64,000 bases of DNA from Deltaproteobacteria bacterium (GTDB lineage Bacteria > Myxococcota > Kuafuiibacteriia > Kuafuiibacteriales > Kuafuiibacteriaceae), in NCBI GenBank assembly GCA_040218735.1, contig JAVJQW010000040.1, forward strand, positions 1 to 64,000, given 5' to 3'. The notes under the pieces were generated by a model. The model was given only the letters and a program-made list of their open reading frames with translations, did no database searches and had not been told where the DNA came from. This document shows, piece after piece, positions 19,515-27,968 of the stretch. Positions within the stretch are counted from its first letter, which is position 1; each line of letters starts with the position of its first letter. A program made the position numbers and the translations under genes.

Positions 19515-20987
19515 ATGACGGACCGGACGGAATCGACCTTCGGCGCCTATACGCTGCACGAACGTATCGGAATGGGCGGAATGGCGGAGGCCTACGTCGC
19601 GACCCGCGAAGGCTCGACGACGCCCTGCGTGCTGAAGCTGATTCGAGACGCGGACAACGCGCTCGCCCTCGCGCGGATGCGTCAGGAAGCACACGCCGGG
19701 ATCCACCTCGCGCACGACAACGTGGTGCGGACCCTCGACGCGGGGACCATCGCGGGCACGTTCTACATCGCGGTCGAGCTGATCGTCGGCGAAGATCTCC
19801 GGCGCGTCGGCGAGTGGTTCACCGTGAACGGCGAGCGCGCGCCGGTCGCGTTCGTCGTCGGTGTGATGCGACAGGCGTTGGCGGGGCTCGCCTACGCGCA
19901 CTCCGCGAAGGGGCCGGACGGCGCTCCGCTCGGTGTCGTTCACCGCGACCTCTCGCCGGGGAACCTGATGATCGACCAAGCCGGGTGCCTCAAGATCATC
20001 GACTTCGGGCTGGTGCACGCGGAGCTCGGCGATCCGAGGACGCGCCCCGGGATGTTGATGGGCACGCTCGCGTACATCTCCCCCGAGCAGGCGAGGGGAG
20101 AGACGGTCGACGGTCGGGGCGACCTGTACGCGCTGTCCGTCGTGGCCTACGAGCTCCTCGCCGGGCGTCGCGTGGCGCGCGGGATTCGGCCGGCCGACGT
20201 CGTACGATCGATCCTGACCGACACCACGCGACCGGTCGAAGAGCTCCGTGATGAGGTGCCGCCGCAGCTGGCGCGCGCGCTCGGTCGTGGCCTCGAAAAG
20301 GAGCGCGACGACCGCTACGCCGACGCCGCGGAGTACCTCGCCGCGCTCGAGGGGCTCGAGGCTCACGACGCCGACGCCATCGCGGCGCACATGCACGAAG
20401 CGTTTCCCGAGCTCGCCGACCGACGCACACGCTGGACTTCGATCGGAGACCAGGAGCCGACGCAGGTACCCACCCGCGCCGCGCCCGCGCCGCCGCGCCC
20501 AGACCCGCCGTCGCCGCGCCTCGCGCCGGTTATTCTCGCGGCGATCGCCGTGGCGATCGTCGCTGTGGTCGCGACGGTGGCGTGGATGAGCACACCACCG
20601 CCCGCGCCGCTCCTGGCGACGCCGACGTCCCCCGCGGTCGAACCGAAGCCTGCGGTGACGCCCAAGGCCGCCGCGCCACCCGAAACGTCGCCGCGCCCGA
20701 CGCCGCCGCGCACGACGCCACCGCGAAGGCCCCCGCCGCGCCGGTTGCGCAGGGCGCCGCCCGCGCCGGCCGACGAGGTGAAGGTCGAACGCGCCACCCC
20801 GGACGAACGCATCGCGCGACTCGACGCACGCCTTCGGCGCCTCGACGCGCGCGGCGTCGATCCGGAGCGGACCGAACGCCTGCGCGCCGACCTCACGTTC
20901 GTACGCGCCTCGGGGAACGCACGCCCCGAGGCCCTCGACCGCCTCGAGCGCGCCGTCGACCACCTCGAGCGCGGCGCCGATCCGTGA
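19515..20987 (+). CDS. Membrane Ser/Thr protein kinase with Pro-rich C-terminus
   Basis: IGMGGMAEAY, VLK, HRDLSPGN, DFG, YISPE, DLYAL; TM helix; PPRRPPP region. Confidence 0.93.
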   Translation: MTDRTESTFGAYTLHERIGMGGMAEAYVATREGSTTPCVLKLIRDADNALALARMRQEAHAGIHLAHDNVVRTLDAGTIAGTFYIAVELIVGEDLRRVGEWFTVNGERAPVAFVVGVMRQALAGLAYAHSAKGPDGAPLGVVHRDLSPGNLMIDQAGCLKIIDFGLVHAELGDPRTRPGMLMGTLAYISPEQARGETVDGRGDLYALSVVAYELLAGRRVARGIRPADVVRSILTDTTRPVEELRDEVPPQLARALGRGLEKERDDRYADAAEYLAALEGLEAHDADAIAAHMHEAFPELADRRTRWTSIGDQEPTQVPTRAAPAPPRPDPPSPRLAPVILAAIAVAIVAVVATVAWMSTPPPAPLLATPTSPAVEPKPAVTPKAAAPPETSPRPTPPRTTPPRRPPPRRLRRAPPAPADEVKVERATPDERIARLDARLRRLDARGVDPERTERLRADLTFVRASGNARPEALDRLERAVDHLERGADP

Positions 20988-22172
20988 TCAGTCCACGTTG
21001 TCGTAGACGGCCTTCTCGAAGTCGAAGTAGCCGCCCACCGACGTCGGGTCCGCGAACGGGAAGATCTGCGTCGCCCAGTAACCGCCCAGGCCGTTCTCCC
21101 GATCGATCCAGTAGTAGAGGTTCGCGAGCCCCGCCCACGCGAGCGCGCCCGCCGGACGCCCGGTCGGCGCGTCCTCTTCGTTGATCATGAACGTGAGCGC
21201 CCAGGTCTTCGGCATGCCGGGGAAGAACTCGGCGTCGTTCGACAGCGCCGGGTTCACGCCCGGGAGCATCTTGATGTTCATCCCCTCCGGCAGGTGGTTC
21301 TTGCACGCCATCTGTACGGTCTCGGGCTTCAGGACGCGCTCGCCGCCCGCCGCCTTGCCGTCGTTCAGCCACATGCGGATGAACTTCACGTAGTCGTCCG
21401 CCGTCCCGTACAGACCGTGTCCGGACATGTGGATCTCGGGCTCCGACGTGAGCTCGAAGTCGCTCATCGGGTCGAGGCTCCCGTCTGCGTTGCGCGCGTG
21501 GATGCGCGAGAGCCGCGAGCGCATGTCCGACGTCATCGTGAACGCGGTCGAGGTCATGCCGAGCGGTCCGAAGATCCGTTCTTCGAAGACGTCGCCGAGG
21601 CGCTTGCCCGTGATCCCTTCGACCACCATGCCCGCCCAGTCGATGTTCGTTCCGTACTCCCACTGCTCTCCCGGGTCGAAGAGCAGCGGCGTCTCGATCG
21701 ACGCCCACGACGAAGCGAGGACGCTCGGCTGCCCGTGGTCGTTTGCGAGCCGCGTGTAGTCCTCGTTGAAGAAGTCGTACGCGAACCCCGCCGTGTGGGT
21801 GAGGAGGTGACGCGTCGTGATGTCGCGCTTCGGCGCGCGCAGCTTCGGCTGGCCCTCGGCGTCGAAGCCCTCGAGCACCTTCAGCTCGCCGATGCGCGGC
21901 ACGTACTTCTTCGCCGGCGCGTCCAAGTCGAGCTTCCCCTCCTCCACGAGCTGGAGGCACGCGGTGCCGCCGATCGCCTTCGTCGTGGAGAAGATCGCGC
22001 AGACGGTGTCGGTGGTGAACGCCGTGTCCTGCCCCAGGACGCGCTCGCCGCGGGCGCCCTCGTAGATGTTCTCCTCGCGGTTCGTCGCGATCGCCGCGAC
22101 CCCGGGGACCCGCGGAGACCCAAAGACCACGCCCTCCAGGACACTATCCAGCGCTGTGCTCAGTTTGCTCAT
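20988..22172 (-). CDS. Serine hydrolase, beta-lactamase family (esterase; methyl acetate hydrolase-like)
   Basis: IFSTTK (SxxK), [32 protein letters not shown]. Confidence 0.92.
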   Translation of the reverse strand: MSKLSTALDSVLEGVVFGSPRVPGVAAIATNREENIYEGARGERVLGQDTAFTTDTVCAIFSTTKAIGGTACLQLVEEGKLDLDAPAKKYVPRIGELKVLEGFDAEGQPKLRAPKRDITTRHLLTHTAGFAYDFFNEDYTRLANDHGQPSVLASSWASIETPLLFDPGEQWEYGTNIDWAGMVVEGITGKRLGDVFEERIFGPLGMTSTAFTMTSDMRSRLSRIHARNADGSLDPMSDFELTSEPEIHMSGHGLYGTADDYVKFIRMWLNDGKAAGGERVLKPETVQMACKNHLPEGMNIKMLPGVNPALSNDAEFFPGMPKTWALTFMINEEDAPTGRPAGALAWAGLANLYYWIDRENGLGGYWATQIFPFADPTSVGGYFDFEKAVYDNVD

Positions 22173-22313
22173 GTTCTGACCTCCCCCGGCGCCGGACGGC
22201 GTCGGGCTCCAAACGATTGAAAGTAGAGGTGAACGGTAGCGCTGGCCCCGACAGGGAATAACCGCCGCGCGGCGCGATCCGTCCGCGTTGGATCCGCCAA
22301 ATGGCGGTCGGGC

Positions 22314-23351
22314 TCAGCGGCGTTCGGAGGGGGGCGGGAGATCGAGGACCGACGAGTGACGCAGCCGCCAGGCGAGGAACGCGAGCCCGATCCGGGTGCG
22401 GCCGATGCCGTCCATCGGGTCGAAGGGGAGCGCGTCGCGGATGGTCTCGAGCCGCGTCTGCATGGTGCTGTGGTGCACCTCGGCGAGCCGCGACGCCTCA
22501 CGGACGGACGCGGAGCGGAGCAGGGCGTCGAGGGTCGCGACCGCCCACGGGTACTGCATGACGTCTTCGAGCTCTTCGACGTCGAGCAGGGGCCGCTCGA
22601 TCGAGCACTGCGCGAGCAGCTCCACCAGTCCGCCGTAGTCATCGGCGACGACGATCGGGATGTCCGGGATCGCGCAGAGCCGCAAACTCACCAGCGCGGT
22701 CGAAAACGATCGATGCAGCGCGTCCGCCGGCATCGCTGCGCCGACGCCGCACGGGCGCGCGTCGACGCGTGTGATCTCGGCGGGGACCACGCCGACATGC
22801 ATCGGCCCGAAGCGCGTGGGCACGACGTCCTCGAGCATCTCGGGGTGATGATTCCACGTCGCGAACAGCGGCAGGCTCAGCACGCGGTAGCGGCCGCGCG
22901 CCGAGAGGCCGAGCTTGGCGGCCGCGGCGCGTCGCTGTTGGGGGTCGACCTCGGCGTCGAGGAGGGCCCCCAGGCGGAGGAGCGGATCCTCCGGCTTGCG
23001 CCCGTGCCGAATCTCGAGCGCGAGCGCGAGGCGCTCGAGGATCATCGTGTCGTTGGCTTGCGCAGTACAGTCCCGCTCGAGCCACACGCACAGGCCATCG
23101 GACGTCAGCGCGTTCGGGTGTGGCGTCGCGTCGCCTTCGCTCAGCACTTCTCCGCTCGGCGCGACGCGCATCGCGCTCTGGGGTGACGCCCGTGCGTAGC
23201 CGGCGACGCAGCCCGACAGCGACGCCGCCGCGCCGAGGAGCGCCTGCGTGTTGACGCCACCACGAACCAGCTCGTCGAAACACGCGATGACGCGGAGCGC
23301 GAGGCTCGCGTTCGGGTCGAGCGTCTTGAGTCGTGCCAGGAGCTCTTGCAC
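22314..23351 (-). CDS. PucR/CdaR-like regulator with C-terminal HTH
   Basis: MQELLARLKTLDP..ALRVIACFDELV; SVREASRLAEVHHSTMQTRL. Confidence 0.8.
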   Translation of the reverse strand: MQELLARLKTLDPNASLALRVIACFDELVRGGVNTQALLGAAASLSGCVAGYARASPQSAMRVAPSGEVLSEGDATPHPNALTSDGLCVWLERDCTAQANDTMILERLALALEIRHGRKPEDPLLRLGALLDAEVDPQQRRAAAAKLGLSARGRYRVLSLPLFATWNHHPEMLEDVVPTRFGPMHVGVVPAEITRVDARPCGVGAAMPADALHRSFSTALVSLRLCAIPDIPIVVADDYGGLVELLAQCSIERPLLDVEELEDVMQYPWAVATLDALLRSASVREASRLAEVHHSTMQTRLETIRDALPFDPMDGIGRTRIGLAFLAWRLRHSSVLDLPPPSERR

Positions 23352-23361
23352 GGCGTCCTAT

Positions 23362-24366
23362 TCAATCCGCCAGGACGCGCGACATCCAAGCGTTTCGCGT
23401 CGCTATCATGCCACGGGACAGGGCGGTGTGCGGCGCGAAGATGTCGAACGCGTGGAATCCGCCGGGCCACACGTGGAGCTCGGCGTGCCCGCCCGCGTTC
23501 CACAACGCGTCCGCGTACGCGACGGCTTCGTCTCGAAAAATCTCGGCGCTGCCCACATCGAGAAACGCGGGCGGGAGGTCGTGCAGCTCGGTCGCGCGGG
23601 CGGGTGCGGCGTACGGCGAGACGTCCGGGCCGCCGCGCCGTTCACCGAGCAGGGCGCTCCAGCCGGTTTCGTTGCTCACGCGATCCCACACGCCGATCCC
23701 GTCGAACTGGTTCGTCGACTTCGTGACCCCGCGGTCGTCCAACATTGGATAGTCGAGGAGCTGACCGCACAGGCGTGGGCCGCCGCGATCGCGCGCCGCG
23801 ATCGCCGCGCCCGCGGCGAGGCCTCCGCCGGCGCTGGCTCCGGCGATCAGCAGGCGGTCGAGGTGTATGCCGAGCGCCTCGGCGTCGGAGGCGACCCACT
23901 CCAGCGCCGCGTAGACGTCCTCGCGCGGGTACGGGTCACGGTGTTCCGGTGCGAGTCGATACTCGATCGACACCAGTACGACGCCGAGCTGCTCCACGAA
24001 GTCGAGCATGCGATCCAATCCACTGAAACGATCGCCGAACATCAGGCCGCCCGAGTGCACGAAGAGGATGCCGGGGCGCGCGCCCAAGGCCTCGGTGTGG
24101 CGGAAGATGGATGCCTCGAGCTCGTGCCCCTCGTAGCCGAAGAACGTGCGCTCCTCGCAACGAATGGGGCGACCGGTGATCAGCGCGTCGAGCGGCGGGC
24201 CCGCGTAGGAGATGCGCATGAAGTCGATCAGGTCGGGGGTGATCGTCGGCGGGAACATGCCGCCCACGATCGCGAGCCCCGCGCGGAGCTCGGGATCGAA
24301 CGCAGGCCGGCCGGGCGAGGGTTCTTGGTCGACGCCGAAGAGAAAGCCCGGTGCGTGATCGCTCAT
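23362..24366 (-). CDS. Alpha/beta hydrolase, HSL-like esterase
   Basis: HSGG, EYRLAPEH, GASAGG, PMLDDR, HVWPGGFHAF. Confidence 0.93.
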   Translation of the reverse strand: MSDHAPGFLFGVDQEPSPGRPAFDPELRAGLAIVGGMFPPTITPDLIDFMRISYAGPPLDALITGRPIRCEERTFFGYEGHELEASIFRHTEALGARPGILFVHSGGLMFGDRFSGLDRMLDFVEQLGVVLVSIEYRLAPEHRDPYPREDVYAALEWVASDAEALGIHLDRLLIAGASAGGGLAAGAAIAARDRGGPRLCGQLLDYPMLDDRGVTKSTNQFDGIGVWDRVSNETGWSALLGERRGGPDVSPYAAPARATELHDLPPAFLDVGSAEIFRDEAVAYADALWNAGGHAELHVWPGGFHAFDIFAPHTALSRGMIATRNAWMSRVLAD

Positions 24367-24503
24367 GACGCCCTGTTTTCTACCGCGAACGTCTCGGGCG
24401 GGGAACGCTGGGCCCGGTGCGTCGTCGCGGGTCCGGTCTTTGGCGCTTCGGGTCCGCGACGTCGCGCCGCGCTCACGCGAAGGTGTTCGTCAGGAGGCCA
24501 ACC

Positions 24504-24790
24504 GTGAGCACGCCGATGACCGTCGAATCCCTTCGCATCCGACCCGAAGACCAAGAGTCCACCGCCAGCGACATGAAGATCGTCGCGCGCAACGCCGCGC
24601 TCGGCGGTCACTACTCCGTGATGCAGGGCGCCGTTCGGCCCAAGGAGATCCTGGCCTTCCACACCCACCACAATGAAGACCAACACATGTACATCATCTC
24701 AGGTGAGTTGCACTTCGAGGTGGGGGGCGCCGACCGAGGCCGCGTACGTCGAGACGTCGACGCAAGGGGGCTTCGAGCGCTTCGTCGAGC
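24504..24790 (+). pseudogene. Truncated cupin-domain gene
   Basis: AGGAGG RBS and GTG start; HTHHNEDQHMYIISGELHFEVGG, then loss of the second cupin motif and a frame change (YVETSTQGGFERFVE). Confidence 0.65.
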
Positions 24791-24820
24791 ATCCTCTCCG
24801 ACGCCCTCGAGACGCGGATC

Positions 24821-25326
24821 GTGAAGGAGGAGGGCGTGGCCGCGCTCGTGACCCGTCACCCTTCGGACGTTCTGGACGATGGCGCTGGCGCCGAGGTCGG
24901 GCTCGCGCTCGGCGTGCGTTTCGTGCGCGCCCACGCACCGAGCCGCGGCTGTTCGCGTACATCGAGGCGCACCTTCAGAATGCCGTCGACGCGCTCACCC
25001 GGAGTGATGAGCTGGTCGAAATCCGCGACGCCGTCGCGAAGAACGTCGCGATCCAGGAGTACGGTGCGAAAGCGCTCGCGAGTCGGCTCCGCCTCTCGCT
25101 ACGGGCGCTACAGCGTGAGGTGTCGAGACACGGGACGACCGTGCGTGCGTTGCTGGACGAGGCGCGGTGTGCGCAGGCCAAACGGCTCCTCCAGGATCGT
25201 CGCCTCAGCGTCGATGAGATCGCCTTCGTGCTGAGTTACTCGGACGAGCGTGCGTTCCGCCGCGCCTTCAAGCGCATGACGGGCGAGAGCCCCGCGCAGT
25301 TCCGGCGCCGTCAGTCGTTGTCGTAG
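24821..25326 (+). pseudogene. AraC-family regulator, 5'-deleted
   Basis: LASRLRLSLRALQREV..GTTVRALLDEAR..SVDEIAFVLSYSDERAFRRAFKRMTGESPAQFR; N-terminal domain only in fragments. Confidence 0.75.
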
Positions 25327-26411
25327 ACGAAGACGTCCGTGTTGAAGACCTGTCCGGGGCCGACGCCGCCCGGACAGACGAAGTCCCAGCCCGAGAAGAT
25401 GTACATCTTGCCGTCGACGACGGCGGACGCGCTTCGTTTGAGACGAACCGCTCCGGCGGCGTCGTGACGACGCCAGCGCTTCTGCACGAGATGAAACGAC
25501 CAGATCTCGTTGGAGACGTTCTGCAGGAACGGCGCGTTGCACCCCGTGGTCCCGCCGGGGATGTCGCCCCCGTGAATGAACAGGCGTTGTCCGATACGCG
25601 CCGCCGCTCCGTAGTTGCGGTGCAGCGGGAGGTCTTTCGCGGGGGCGGGCGTCGCGTCGATCCACTGCTGCGCGGCGACGTCGTACTGCCAGACGTCTTC
25701 GAGGATCACGAAGTCGAAGGTGGTGAAGTCGAGCGCTTCGCCGCCGTACAGCGTCAACTTGCCTTGTTTGAGCGTCTGACCGGCGCTCGCAACGTGCCGG
25801 CCGGGAGGCGCGCCGGCCGCGCCGTCGGGGCTGTGGAGCGTCCAGAGGTTCGTGCCGAAGTCGTACGACCACAGGTCGTTCCGGAACTGAAAGAACTGCG
25901 TGATGCCGCCGAACACGTAGAGTTTGTCGCCGTCGGCCCACATCGAGGCGCCGGAGCGGGCGTCGGGACCCGCGTTGCTCGCGACGATCTCCGTCCACGT
26001 GTTGTCTCCGGGTGCGTAGACCCAGAGGTCGTCGAACACCGAGAAGACCTGAAACGTCGGGTCGTAGACCGAACCTCCGAACACCGCGAGGACGCCGCGC
26101 CCTTCGTGACCCGCGGCCGCCGCAAACGTGCGCGCTGGCGGCGACGTCGCCGGGGAGAGTCGAGTCCAGGCCCCAGTGGTCGTGTCGAACCGGTAGGTGT
26201 CGTCGTAGAAGGTGTTGGTGAAGGACGCGAAGTCATCGAGCAGCCCACCGAACAGATAGACCTGAGTACCGAGCGAACCCACCGCCGGTGTCGTGCGCCC
26301 GGACGGGACGTCGCCGGTTCCGACGACGCGGGTGAATGTCTGGGCGTAGGACGTCGTGTGGACGAATGAGATCAGCGCGAAGCCGAACGAGAAGATGCCG
26401 AAGCGGCGCAT
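25311..26411 (-). CDS. Secreted Kelch-repeat protein
   Basis: GGAGG RBS; signal peptide MRRFGIFSFGFALISFVHTTSYA; six YxFGG..DLWxYD..W repeats. Confidence 0.88.
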   Translation of the reverse strand: MRRFGIFSFGFALISFVHTTSYAQTFTRVVGTGDVPSGRTTPAVGSLGTQVYLFGGLLDDFASFTNTFYDDTYRFDTTTGAWTRLSPATSPPARTFAAAAGHEGRGVLAVFGGSVYDPTFQVFSVFDDLWVYAPGDNTWTEIVASNAGPDARSGASMWADGDKLYVFGGITQFFQFRNDLWSYDFGTNLWTLHSPDGAAGAPPGRHVASAGQTLKQGKLTLYGGEALDFTTFDFVILEDVWQYDVAAQQWIDATPAPAKDLPLHRNYGAAARIGQRLFIHGGDIPGGTTGCNAPFLQNVSNEIWSFHLVQKRWRRHDAAGAVRLKRSASAVVDGKMYIFSGWDFVCPGGVGPGQVFNTDVFVYDND

Positions 26412-26475
26412 GTGTTGAACCTCCGGTCGCCATTCGAGACGTATTCGAACGGAGCGCGAAGGGGGCCCGACTCGG

Positions 26476-26495
26476 AAAGGTCGGCGAAACCGACC
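26476..26495 (-). terminator. Possible intrinsic terminator
   Basis: GGTCGG-TTTCG-CCGACC-TTT just after the stop at 26506. Confidence 0.45.
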
Positions 26496-26505
26496 GTGAG
26501 CCGAC

Positions 26506-27762
26506 TCAGGGCGCGGCGTCGCGATAGAGGTCGAGGCCCGGGCCGTAGAACCCATCGTCACCGTAGAGCGCGAAGTTGTCCCACGCGTTGCTCCCCGGGT
26601 TCGTCTCCCAGGACAACCAGAGCGCCTGCGTGAGCCCCTCGTCGAGCTGGACCTGGATGAGCGCCTCGTTCATCGCCGCGGCGGCTGCCTCTGGGTTCTC
26701 GGCGCGAATCGCGTCCGGGGACGGGCCACCTTCGGTGGAGAGCGCGGTGGGATCGTAGCCGAGGATCTCCGCGGCCATCGCCTCGTAGTCTTCGCTCACC
26801 TCCGGTCCGTAACCCATGTGCCCGCGTGCGCAGCCGCAGTTCGGGTCCGGGTCCGTCGACTCGTTGTCGGGCCATGAGTACGTGTGCGTTGGGATCCAAC
26901 CCACGAGCTGTTCACCTGGCTCTTCACGGCTCGCGATTTCTTCGACGAGCGCGACGAAATATTCCTGCGCGCTGTAGACGCCGAACGTGTCGTCGTTGAA
27001 GTACGTCGCTCCACCCGCCATGGGCGGGATGCCGATCACCGCGTTGGTCCCGGCGACGGCGTCGTTCACCGCCTCGACCGCCCAGGCTTGGTTCTCGATG
27101 CTCGTCTCGAAGTAGCGGTTGCGGCTCTCCGGATCGTTGATGTCCACGCGGTGCGCGCCTTCGATGTTCGGCTCGTTGCCGACCTGAATCAGCTCGATAC
27201 CGACGTTGTTGGCGAGGTGCGCCGCGGCGGCCGACATCTGATCGATGAGGTTCTGATCCCACTGGTCGGGCGTGACCGGCGTGTACAGCCGGACGACCGG
27301 CGTGATGCCCGCCTCGCGCAACGCTTCGAGCAACTGGTCTTGCGCCTGGTAGTTGTTCACGTCGACGAGGACGACGGCGTAACCGGCGCCGAGCTCCTGC
27401 GCCTGCCGAATGCCCTCCGTCACCGCGTCGTTCGGCATCGGCGTGCTGGTGCTGCTCGCGTCCCAGTGGACCCCGATGCGTCCGTTGACGAAGACACCGT
27501 CCGCAACCTCGAACGGCGCGTACACCGAGCTGGTGTTCGTCGTCTGCGCGTCGAAGATGCCGACGGCGCCCTCCGTCGCGATCCCGTCGGGGGGCTCGGT
27601 CGGTTGATCCTGCTGAGGCAGCGGCGGGTTCGTGAGCGCGATCTGCTGCTGCAGCGTGGCTTGGAGGTCGGCCTGAAGCTGCTCCTGGATGATCTGCTCC
27701 TGGATGTCCGTTTCGTGTGTCTCGTTCGGTGCGTGGTTGTGTTCGTTGATCGCGAGTCCCAT
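26506..27762 (-). CDS. Putative clan GH-A glycoside hydrolase with Gln/Pro-rich N-terminal extension
   Basis: GITPVVRLY, IQVGNEPN (acid/base), PTHTY, LSTEGG (nucleophile-like); no signal peptide. Confidence 0.7.
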   Translation of the reverse strand: MGLAINEHNHAPNETHETDIQEQIIQEQLQADLQATLQQQIALTNPPLPQQDQPTEPPDGIATEGAVGIFDAQTTNTSSVYAPFEVADGVFVNGRIGVHWDASSTSTPMPNDAVTEGIRQAQELGAGYAVVLVDVNNYQAQDQLLEALREAGITPVVRLYTPVTPDQWDQNLIDQMSAAAAHLANNVGIELIQVGNEPNIEGAHRVDINDPESRNRYFETSIENQAWAVEAVNDAVAGTNAVIGIPPMAGGATYFNDDTFGVYSAQEYFVALVEEIASREEPGEQLVGWIPTHTYSWPDNESTDPDPNCGCARGHMGYGPEVSEDYEAMAAEILGYDPTALSTEGGPSPDAIRAENPEAAAAAMNEALIQVQLDEGLTQALWLSWETNPGSNAWDNFALYGDDGFYGPGLDLYRDAAP

Positions 27763-27775
27763 GCACCATCGAGTT

Positions 27776-27791
27776 AGCAAGGCGGAGACCA
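27776..27791 (-). promoter_or_regulatory. Sigma54 (-24/-12) promoter
   Basis: TGGTCTCCGCCTTGCT on the minus strand, GG-N10-GC; the G of the -12 GC is 16 nt before ATG 27762. Confidence 0.65.
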
Positions 27792-27968
27792 ACGTTCGGA
27801 GGCGGATCTTGCGCTCCACCGTGTGCAGTCGCCCGCGTCCACGCGCGAGAGAGCAACGCGCCGGGTGCACCTTGCCCATGCGGCCTCGGGCGGAGCACGC
27901 ACGCTCCGGGGTGAGAGCGTGCGTGCCGGGTTGGCGCGATCGTCGAACGAACAGTACGCTCGGCCGTC

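Noticed and set aside
18987-20963. Long antisense ORFs (also 31424..33601, 40201..41979, 44794..46617, 52063..53592, 61783..63891)
   Set aside because: High-GC shadow or alternative-frame ORFs over well-supported genes; Arg/Ala/Val-rich with no motifs.
26412-26505. GAAA-containing hairpins as a possible c-di-GMP riboswitch
   Set aside because: The conserved motif order is absent on the sense strand; a simple terminator-like stem explains it.
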